A DNA stretch of 64,000 nucleotides from Candidatus Latescibacterota bacterium (GTDB taxonomy: Bacteria; Latescibacterota; UBA2968). The stretch lies in NCBI GenBank assembly GCA_965198115.1, contig OZ240241.1:1-64000 (forward strand). Direction: 5' to 3'. The stretch's first letter is position 1. The number at the start of each line of letters is the position of its first letter. The notes under the pieces are model-generated. The model saw nothing but the letters and a program-made list of their open reading frames with translations, had not been told where the DNA came from and did not search any database. A program made the position numbers and the translations under genes. Below are positions 55,737 to 64,000 of this stretch, one piece after another.

Positions 55737-56969
55737 GTGAGGTTTCTGTTTTGCCCTATGGCAACATATGGATTTGTCTATCCGGCCATCGGAATCGCGC
55801 TAGAACTGAGTCGAAGGGGGCATGACGTTGCTTTCGTGACCGATAAGTCGTTCGACCACGTTCTAGCAGGTGAGGGGTTGCGAAGGATTCCAAACGGACG
55901 AAGTGATAGAAGAAGCTTCATTATCGGGGACTGGGGCGAACCTGTCAGTGTCTGTTCTCAGGTTCGTCACATTCGATTCGCACTTGATGAATTTCGACCG
56001 GACGCGTGTGTGTCGTCGATTTTCTGTTTCGGAGCGCTGATAGCCAGGAAGTTATACGACCTACCCACGGCGGTGATAGGGCTTTGTACCTATATGTTTG
56101 CCCACCCGGATGACCTCAGGACCCAAAGCGAGATTACTCCCTCTACGCGATCACTACAGCTCTCTGATGGATTCAGAGAAACCTACAATACTACCGGTCG
56201 CCTGTTTAAGATACCGGAAATGGGGTTGTGCGAATTTATTGAAGAGATGCCGGTACTTGGAGACCTGTTTCTGCTTCAGAATCTTGATGATCTCATCGAA
56301 GATTCAGATAGGTTGCCGGGACGAGTGCATCTAGTAGGACCGTGTGGCTGGGATTCGCCAACCACAGATTCGGAGCTTGTCGACTGGATCAGGCAAGGAC
56401 CGGCAGCGGGAGATCCGATTATCTACGCGCAGCCGGGGGCACTCTTCGGGGCAAATTCGTTCTGGCCGGTCCTGACCAAGGCGCTGGAAGACGAAAGTGT
56501 GAGAGTAGTGGCCTCGGTTGGTAGGATGACGGGGAACGGTGATTACTCAAGCCTGCCTTCAAACTACTTCGTACGCGCACACGTGCCCCACCGACTCGTA
56601 CTCCAGGTTGCAGATGGCGTTGTAACAGAGGGGCACACCAGTATAGTTCTCGCAGCACTCTCAGCAGGAGTGCCTTTGATGCTCATTCCTCACGGCGGCG
56701 AGGAGTTTGATTGCGCTGAAATGTGTATCCGCGCGGGTGTCTGTGTCGGGATCAACCATGAGGAGTTGTCTCGTAACAATATGAAGCTGAAGCTGCGTGA
56801 TCTCCTTCAGAGGACTGATATCCGAGAGCGTTCTACGAGGATTAAAACACTCATCCAAAATAACAACGGCCACAGTCGCGCAACAGACTTGATCGAAATT
56901 TTAGGCATGGAAAGGAGACAGATCCTCCGCTCTTCGCTTTCGGCAAAGAATGTGCATTTGTCACCTTAG
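55737..56969 (+). CDS. GT1 (MGT/EryCIII-like) glycosyltransferase
   Basis: G..YP.IGIALELSRRGHDVAFVT, HLVGP, VPH..VL..AD.VVT.G, ALSAGVPL. Confidence 0.88.
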   Translation: MRFLFCPMATYGFVYPAIGIALELSRRGHDVAFVTDKSFDHVLAGEGLRRIPNGRSDRRSFIIGDWGEPVSVCSQVRHIRFALDEFRPDACVSSIFCFGALIARKLYDLPTAVIGLCTYMFAHPDDLRTQSEITPSTRSLQLSDGFRETYNTTGRLFKIPEMGLCEFIEEMPVLGDLFLLQNLDDLIEDSDRLPGRVHLVGPCGWDSPTTDSELVDWIRQGPAAGDPIIYAQPGALFGANSFWPVLTKALEDESVRVVASVGRMTGNGDYSSLPSNYFVRAHVPHRLVLQVADGVVTEGHTSIVLAALSAGVPLMLIPHGGEEFDCAEMCIRAGVCVGINHEELSRNNMKLKLRDLLQRTDIRERSTRIKTLIQNNNGHSRATDLIEILGMERRQILRSSLSAKNVHLSP

Positions 56970-57040
56970 GAGTTGCTACAAAATACTAAACGATATCATT
57001 AGCTGAGAAGCTTGTCAGAGTGGCCCATCACGCGAATGAA

Positions 57041-57065
57041 GCTCGTCACTTATTTCGTGACGAGC
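57041..57065 (+). terminator. 9-bp-stem hairpin downstream of GT1
   Basis: gctcgtcac-ttatttc-gtgacgagc; no clear U-tract. Confidence 0.35.
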
Positions 57066-57093
57066 CCTTAGAGGTTAAGGTATTCAAAATTGA

Positions 57094-58513
57094 GGCTATA
57101 TCCGGATCTCTCAACGAGATGAAGTGGGTGAAGGTGCCGTGGTTCCTGGCATGGGGGCGCGGTTAGAGTGTGCGGAACCTCTTCGGAATCTGCTCAGGGA
57201 TGTTTATGTCTCCGACGGTAAGGAAGATCATATCGTTGAATGCGTCGAGTGTGCGGAATCCGCTGGCTCGGTTCTTGACGATTTGGACGATTCGGTTGAG
57301 GCCTTCGGCGATGGCGTTGGTAAGACGCGTGTTCACGAATGCGAGGACGCCGAAGAAGTGCTGTCGCAGGGTCCTGACGAACTTTCGCAGGGGTTCAAGT
57401 CGACTTCTGAGTGCGGACGTCGTCCAGCATTTCAGGAAGCGTTCGGCAGCCCAGGGCGCTTTGTATTCCCAGAACTGCTCGAACTCGTCCTTGAGTCTCC
57501 AGGCTCTATAGATTCGGTAGTTCGCCTTCTCCAGTGCTTCGAGTGTCCGAGTATCCCCTCTGGAGCGTGTCGCTGAGTGCCGGTAGAGGAGCCATCGGAG
57601 GCCCTTCATGGCTTTGCGCTCATCCGGGGCAGCTTTACGCCACTGGTCCTTACGGACCTCGTCAACGGCGGCATTGAGAGCCTTGACGATGTGAAAGCGA
57701 TCGAGGACCAGCTTGGCATTCGGACAGTGTTCCTGGATGGCTCCGATGTAAGCTTCGCTCATGTCGCAGCAGGCCCACTCGATCTTGGATCTCCGGTAGG
57801 GACTGAGAGCCTCTGTGAAGAACTGATCGATCGTTTTACGCGCCCTGCCGCGGCCAACCCACACCACGCAGGAGCGGTCCAGATCGTAAACGAGCGTGGC
57901 GTACCTGTGACGCTTGGCGTAGGAGATCTCGTCGATCCCGATGGTTTTGAGCCCTCGGATACGATGACCTTCACGAAGCCGCGTGATGGATCGGTGAAGG
58001 AGATCCGACAGCGTCGAGGCAGAGATGCGCAGTAACTCGGACGCCGCCTTCTGCGTCATGGTCTGGCAGTAGCGCAGCATGGCATACTCGAAGCGATACG
58101 TCACCCGAGAGAACCGCTCCGCCCACGGAATCTCCTCGACCACACGACCGTGGGTAGGACACCGAATCTCCCGAGGATGGTAGAGAAGCCAGACCCTCCA
58201 CCCGCACACCGGAATGTCACGCCACCGACGCGGATGGGGCATTGTGCGGACGATTTTACCTCGACGGCCGCACTCCGGACAACAACAACCATTCTTATGG
58301 GGCTTTACGGCGATGACGAAGCAGCTTCTCCCCTCAAACCACCAGCTGACAACACGGAACCCCTTGAATCTCAGCAGTTTCGATAGTAATCTGCTCCCGG
58401 TCATAGGTCGCACCCCCTTCGCTTTGATTGTCCTACACACACAACCAAGCGTAGGGAACGATCTATGACCTTGTCATTCTATAGTTTCACCGTTGAGAAA
58501 CCCGGATAGAGCC
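57094..58513 (-). mobile_element. ISL3 copy, intact transposase
   Basis: TSD aaaattga. Confidence 0.95.
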
Positions 58514-58600
58514 AAAATTGAGACTTCAGCTCCCAGGAGTTGCTGCTATAACAAAGGAATCGGTTGGCCTTGCTGCTAACATAAGGAACATGGGGGAAAT

Positions 58601-60319
58601 TTGGAGGAAGATCAGACAGGTCTGATGAAGATGAGGCGAATGGCCGCGGGGGTTTACCCACACGCAATTGGCTTAGGAATCGTCTCAATAGTCGGTGTCT
58701 CGGTTGGGATCGCCAAGCCCGTGGTTTTTTCTAGAGTAATAGACCAGGGGCTTGTCGAAAACGACTGGGATACGACGTTTCGTCTTACGAAGTACCTTGG
58801 TCTAGTAGGTCTCTTTGGACTACTGACATCCTCCATCCACCGGATCCTCGCAAGTTACATTTCGAATAGAATCGTTGAGAATATGAGGAACTGGCTAGTA
58901 GCCAGAGTCTTCGTTCTACAGTATGAACACTTCGTCCAAACTCCCAGAGGGGAAATCCTGGCCACAATCGAGGACGATTGTGCCAACATAAGGGAATTCT
59001 CAGTTTCTACTCTGCAGTCAGCGATGAGAAGCTTCCTTAGCTTTGTCGCGGCCATATGCTATGTCGGGTGGGTGCAATGGAAGATGCTATTGGCTGGAGC
59101 CCTTGCCGTACCATTTATGGCCATCTGCATGAGATTGTTCCGAAGGGTTGTATATGAGTGCGGATCACAAGTGGCTGAAGCAAGAGCTGTGGCTAAGAAC
59201 TCTCTGGTGAATACTGTAGAGAGCATGAGTTCATTAAGGCAATTGGGCTTATCCGATTGGTCGCGTGATGTTATTCGAGGTGATCTTGGGAAGCTTCGGA
59301 GGAGTAGTATCCGTGAGCAAGTATGGGAGAGCCTGACCGAACTGTCCTCGGGTTCTGTCTCATTGTTTAGCTATTTGGTGATTCTGGGATACGGTGGGTT
59401 GCTGGTTTCAACTAATGAGATAGGAATAGGGCATCTACTTGCCTTCCTAACGATGAGGCAAAGTTTTTTTGCGCCATTGGATTTCGTTGATCGTGTCTAC
59501 AAAGGTTACTTCAAGGCCAAACGTTCTCGCGAACGGATTGATTCACTGTCCAGCCAGCCACTCGAGACCGGTTTCCACGGTGGGGATAGCATCCCCGACG
59601 ATTTCCATCCGCATTCCCTATCCATCGAAGACGTATCATTCTCGTTCGGAGACAAGGCTCTGCTATGCTCGGCCAATGCGACATTCACCACAGGGTGGAA
59701 CGAACTAAGAGGACCCAATGGATCAGGCAAGACAACACTCCTAGGAATCATTCTCAAAGTCCGTAACCCTCAACAGGGCCGGATCTTTGTGGACGGTTAC
59801 AATGTTGCGAACTTCAACAACCGCAGCTGGCGAAGCCACATTTCTGTTGTTGCACAGGAGCCCTTCATATTTCAAGGGACACTGAGGGAGAACCTTAGAC
59901 TTTTCGATGAGAACATTGATGACTCTATGATTGATAGCATGCTTGAGCAGGTAGGTCTTCGAAAGTGGTGCGAAGAGAGGGGGCTCGACACAGAACTATC
60001 CCAAGGCGGAAGCGAAATTTCAGGAGGACTTAAGCAACGTTTGGCGATTGCCAGAGCTCTTCTGAGAAGCTCCGCCGTCTACATTTTCGATGAGCCAGTT
60101 TCCCAGGTCGACTTGCTTACGAAAGGAGACTTGCTTCGCGTGATGAAGAGATACACTCGCGGCGCAATTGTGATAGTTATATCCCATAGCGATCTTAGAG
60201 ATGTAGCGGACCGGATCTTTCACGTGAAGGATGGCCGAGTCAAAGGCGAAGAGGTTAAGCCCGAAGCTCTGTGTGAGCTAGATCCGTCGGTGCAAGGCGT
60301 TGTCGGACATCCATCCTAA
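58601..60319 (+). CDS. ABC exporter, fused TMD-ATPase (no C39 peptidase domain)
   Basis: TM helices, GPNGSGKTT, VAQEP, ISGGLKQRLAIARAL, IFDEP, ISH. Confidence 0.92.
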   Translation: MEEDQTGLMKMRRMAAGVYPHAIGLGIVSIVGVSVGIAKPVVFSRVIDQGLVENDWDTTFRLTKYLGLVGLFGLLTSSIHRILASYISNRIVENMRNWLVARVFVLQYEHFVQTPRGEILATIEDDCANIREFSVSTLQSAMRSFLSFVAAICYVGWVQWKMLLAGALAVPFMAICMRLFRRVVYECGSQVAEARAVAKNSLVNTVESMSSLRQLGLSDWSRDVIRGDLGKLRRSSIREQVWESLTELSSGSVSLFSYLVILGYGGLLVSTNEIGIGHLLAFLTMRQSFFAPLDFVDRVYKGYFKAKRSRERIDSLSSQPLETGFHGGDSIPDDFHPHSLSIEDVSFSFGDKALLCSANATFTTGWNELRGPNGSGKTTLLGIILKVRNPQQGRIFVDGYNVANFNNRSWRSHISVVAQEPFIFQGTLRENLRLFDENIDDSMIDSMLEQVGLRKWCEERGLDTELSQGGSEISGGLKQRLAIARALLRSSAVYIFDEPVSQVDLLTKGDLLRVMKRYTRGAIVIVISHSDLRDVADRIFHVKDGRVKGEEVKPEALCELDPSVQGVVGHPS

Positions 60320-60338
60320 AGGAACCGTGGAGGATAGG

Positions 60339-61175
60339 ATGGAAAACACATTAGATGTTGTTAGACGGCCAGACGTTTCGCCGGAAACATACTTGAAACT
60401 ATATGGGAAACCGAACAAACCATTTGTCATTGCGGATGGCGCAGAGGAATGGAAGGCCCGATCAACCTGGAACATGAGATTCTTTGAAGAGCGTTATGGA
60501 GATGTCAGACTGCAGGTGACACGGATAGCGAGAGGGAGAACGGAATCCGCTGGTGTAAAGACCATAGCTGAATACGCAGACTACCTCCGCACTCAGAACC
60601 ATGAAAAGGAGCCACTCTATCTCCGAGATTGGGTCCTGGAAGAGAAGTACCCTGAGCTTCTTTCTCACATCTCCGTGCCTTCCTATCTATGCAACTGGCT
60701 TGACCGTATCCCGATTAGCGGCAGTCGTAGACACTTCTGGCGAGGTTGGAAAGGTTGGATTTTCATCGGCCCAAAAGGAACTGGAACTGAGCTCCATACG
60801 GACGTTGTTAAATCCTCGGCCTGGCTGGCCCTCATAAGTGGACAAAAGGAGTGGGTATTAACCCCACCTAACGAACACGATCCAGCCACGTTTGCTAAAG
60901 TCGACCTGCTAAATCCTGACTATGAAGCCTATCCCTTCCTTCGGAATTCGAAGAGGATCTGCTACACCCAGCGTCCAGGAGAACTATTAGTCGTCCCGAG
61001 TGGATGGTGGCATCAGGTCTGTAACTCTGATGCCACCATCTCTGTTTCTGGGAACTTCATAAATGAATCCAACATACACTTCTTCTGTAAGGACTTGCTT
61101 GAGAACGGATCACTTGCTGAACTCAGAGACTACTCATGCTACATTCCAGAGATAGTCCCCTTTTTAGCATCCTAG
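60339..61175 (+). CDS. JmjC/cupin-like Fe(II)/2-oxoglutarate oxygenase (paralogue of 41060-41890)
   Basis: LYLRDW, WIFIGPKGT, HTD, GQKEW, PGELLVVPSGWWHQV. ATG at 60339 after ggagg. Confidence 0.92.
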   Translation: MENTLDVVRRPDVSPETYLKLYGKPNKPFVIADGAEEWKARSTWNMRFFEERYGDVRLQVTRIARGRTESAGVKTIAEYADYLRTQNHEKEPLYLRDWVLEEKYPELLSHISVPSYLCNWLDRIPISGSRRHFWRGWKGWIFIGPKGTGTELHTDVVKSSAWLALISGQKEWVLTPPNEHDPATFAKVDLLNPDYEAYPFLRNSKRICYTQRPGELLVVPSGWWHQVCNSDATISVSGNFINESNIHFFCKDLLENGSLAELRDYSCYIPEIVPFLAS

Positions 61176-61176
61176 G

Positions 61177-62549
61177 GAGCTATAATCAAAAGGTGTGGAA
61201 AAGAGAAAGGGCGACCCTACCCTTCCCGTGAGATAGTTGATTCACACAAAACCGGGTGAGAGGCCCGGTTGGGAAGGAGGATCGCCGTGAAGGAACATAC
61301 GCATAGAGCCCCATTGAAGTCCATGCCGACGTGGGAGACGGTTGACGATTGGATCCGTGAAGAGATCCAGGGCCGGTTCCAGTCCATTCTGGAGGAGGAG
61401 GCGACCGCGTTCTTGGGCCGGTCGTGGTATGAGCGCCGAGCCGAGGTTGATAGCTCCAGGGGCTACAGGAACGGCTACGGCAAGCCCCGGCGTCTCTCGA
61501 CGAGCTGCGGAACGATCAAGGTCCGGCGTCCCCGGGTTCGTGGTCTGGAAGAGCGGTTTGAAAGCCGCATCCTCCCCCTGTTCGCCCGGAGAACCAGGGC
61601 CATTGGAGATCTGCTTCCCGACCTTTATCTCCACGGTCTCTCCCAGGGCGACTTCGAGTTGTCTTTGCGTGCGCTGCTCGGTGATGGCGCGCCGCTTTCG
61701 CCGACCTCGATCGCTCGTCTTCGAGGGAAGTGGGAGGTCGACTTCCAGGACTGGAAAGAAAGGCGTCTGGATAATCGCGAACTGGTCTACGCCTGGGCTG
61801 ATGGCATCTACGTCAAAGCCGGGCTCGAGCGCGAGAAGGCGTGTCTGCTGGTCGTGATCGGCGCGATGAGCGACGGCAGCAAGGAGATCCTGGCGATAGA
61901 ACCCGGTTATCGAGAGTCTACAGAATCCTGGCTCACGGTGCTCCGGGATCTCCGGGATCGCGGGCTCGAACATCCTGTCCTGATCGCCGCGGACGGGAAT
62001 ATGGGCATCTGGGCGGCCGTTGATCAGGTCTGGCCAGAGAGCCGGCAACAACGGTGCTGGAACCACAAGATCCTCAACGTGCTCGACAAGGTCGCCAAGC
62101 GTGCACAGGCTGAAGCCCGCGCACTGCTCGTCCAGATCCCCTATGCCGGCACGAAAAAGGAGGCCGAGAAGCTCCGGAAACGCTTTGCCGCACGGTATCG
62201 CTCACAGTTCCCTGCCGCCGTGGAGACGCTCGAAAGAGACTGGGATCGGATGGTCACGTTCTACGACTTCCCGAAGGAACACTGGAAACACCTGAGAACC
62301 ACGAACGTCGTCGAGAGCCCCTTTGCTTCCGTTCGGCTTCGCACAAACGCCACCAGGCGATTCAAGAAAGTCAGGAACGCCACGACTCTCATCTGGCGTA
62401 CGCTCAAGGTCGCAGAGAGCCGATTCAGGAAACTCACCGCGCCACACTTGCTACAACAAGTCTACGATCAGAAACACTCAACCGGACCGCAGGTCGAAGC
62501 CGGGAAGATGGCCGCCTGATTTCTTTTACACACCTATTGACCTGAGCTC
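61177..62549 (+). mobile_element. IS256 type B, intact
   Basis: 416-aa ORF; IR gagct...agctc; TSD atcctagg, which includes the JmjC stop codon. Confidence 0.95.
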
Positions 62550-62705
62550 ATCCTAGGATCGATCTGAGCCTACTGGATTCCGAAAGATCTCTACGTGAAG
62601 CGTCGATTGCATTTGTGTCCCACACGAGTCCAGAATCGGTTTCGTTCAGAGTCGAGGGCCAACGAGTTGGCGAGCATGTTGACCTTCTAACTCGAGAGTA
62701 TATTA

Positions 62706-64000
62706 GTGAGTGTCAAAGTAGCTGTCATAGACAGTGGGCTGTGCGAGTCCCATCCCAAGTTAAAAGGGGTACGCGTCACGGACCGCGTGTCGGTAGGAAG
62801 CGACGGGATTTCTCGAGGATGTACCAGCGATGTTTGGGGACACGGTACGGCCTGCACGCAGATAATTCACAGTGTTCTGGATAGAGAGCTTCGTAGGAGT
62901 TGTGAGTTCAAGATCGTAAAGGTTTTTGATCGCCAACTGGTGGTTAGTCAGGACATCCTTCTAAAAGCCCTCCTGTGGTGTATGGATTCGGGCGTAGACG
63001 TAATTAGTGTGAGTATCGGCGTTCGGGCGTCCTCGCCTCCCCAAGAGCTTGTGGACCTCTGTCTTGAGGCACATTCGAAAGGCATCATACTAGTAGCGCC
63101 AGACCACAACGAAGGGGATGGCCCATGCTACCCAGCGTCACTTTCGCATGTCTTTGGCGTTACAGGCGGAGTTTTGAGATCACGGCGTGAGTTTGGTGTT
63201 AACGAGGAGAGCGATATTGAGTTCGTTGGTCGGGGAACCAATCAACGTGTGGCGTGGATCAATGACTCCTACATCTTCGACAGCGGGACAAGCTTTGCCT
63301 CTGCGCAACTAGCAGGAATAGTGTGCAATGTAAGAGCGCAGTTTCCAGAATCTGATCCGTCAGAATTGAAAGCACACCTCATGTCAATTGGACTTAGAGG
63401 TGTGCCTATTACCAGCAGGTTTGTCTCTGCCGGAACAGGCACCGGCCGCTGGGCGCCCCAGGGGACAGACACGATTGAAGAGGTGGTCGAGCGGAATTTT
63501 TCACCCAAAAGATTCAGCTGGATGCGACGCGCTGCTCTCTATCCAGTATGTAACAAAGAATTTCACGCGATCGAGCACTTCAGTAGGCAATGCCAGTTTG
63601 AGCTTGTGGAAATTCTGGACTTTCCAAAGGGAGTGATTTCCCACCGAGATATTGAGATCGATGGAAGGAAATACACGAAAAAGTGGCGAGTAAGTGATAT
63701 TGAAAGGTCGTTTGATACCCTCATTGTTGGATATCCATACGAGACGCCCTTTGGCGCTGATCACAAGGCCTATAAAGACATCTTAGACCAGGCCTGGCAT
63801 ACGGAGTGCAACTTCTTTTGTCTTAGCGGCGATGTAGAGAAACAATTGCAAAAGGAAAGGGACAGCCTCGGTAAGGTGTCGTCACAGATTTACTGTCCAA
63901 GGGTTGACACAGCTGACCTTCAACGACTTGCGTGTCTCCAAAGTGAAGGTGAGACAACAAGACCGGTTCTCGCAGTAGTGGGGACAAATGAAAAGCAGGG
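62706..64000 (+). CDS. S8 (subtilisin-like) peptidase fused to a DUF1611-like P-loop region; partial, runs off the right edge
   Basis: Hand translation from GTG 62706 is open to the edge: VAVIDSG, GHGTAC, SGTSFAS (D/H/S triad), then AALYP..NKE...FDTLIVGY...PVLAVVGTNEKQG. Confidence 0.85.
   Translation, partial: MSVKVAVIDSGLCESHPKLKGVRVTDRVSVGSDGISRGCTSDVWGHGTACTQIIHSVLDRELRRSCEFKIVKVFDRQLVVSQDILLKALLWCMDSGVDVISVSIGVRASSPPQELVDLCLEAHSKGIILVAPDHNEGDGPCYPASLSHVFGVTGGVLRSRREFGVNEESDIEFVGRGTNQRVAWINDSYIFDSGTSFASAQLAGIVCNVRAQFPESDPSELKAHLMSIGLRGVPITSRFVSAGTGTGRWAPQGTDTIEEVVERNFSPKRFSWMRRAALYPVCNKEFHAIEHFSRQCQFELVEILDFPKGVISHRDIEIDGRKYTKKWRVSDIERSFDTLIVGYPYETPFGADHKAYKDILDQAWHTECNFFCLSGDVEKQLQKERDSLGKVSSQIYCPRVDTADLQRLACLQSEGETTRPVLAVVGTNEKQ

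Noticed and set aside
27845-58468. Recurring short or antisense ORFs such as MSRHRRGWG, MPVEEPSEA and MRNLFGIC
   Set aside because: They are shadow frames of the repeated ISL3 transposase.
1-64000. tRNA, rRNA, group II intron or retron
   Set aside because: No such signatures or reverse transcriptase motifs were noticed by eye; an Infernal/tRNAscan run would be needed to exclude them.

Overview
This is an IS-riddled bacterial accessory region with three parts. (1) 1-12 kb is a minus-strand defence island. It holds an Ssp-type DNA phosphorothioation core (cysteine desulfurase, DUF4007/SspB-like protein, and a large ATPase that is frameshifted and runs off the left edge). Upstream lie an HTH, a DGQHR protein, a GIY-YIG nuclease and an SNF2 helicase. 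(2) 12-27 kb is a decayed patchwork: HEPN, Cre-like recombinase, secreted ankyrin protein, pabB, epimerase, a nuclease-EVE fusion, and IS21/IS1595/HsdR/helicase remnants. (3) 27 kb to the right edge is a visibly AT-richer, probably undescribed RiPP-type biosynthetic cluster split apart by ISL3 and IS256 copies. It contains a 47-aa Cys-rich, Asp-tailed precursor missing from the ORF track (51802-51945), a radical SAM/SPASM maturase, two JmjC oxygenases, a carbamoyltransferase, GT1 and GT9 glycosyltransferases, ADP-heptose kinase and adenylyltransferase genes, S41 and S8 peptidases, and ABC export genes. Almost all insertions fall between the cluster genes and carry clean target-site duplications, so the ancestral cluster can be rebuilt by hand. 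All family calls come from motif recognition; no database searches were run.
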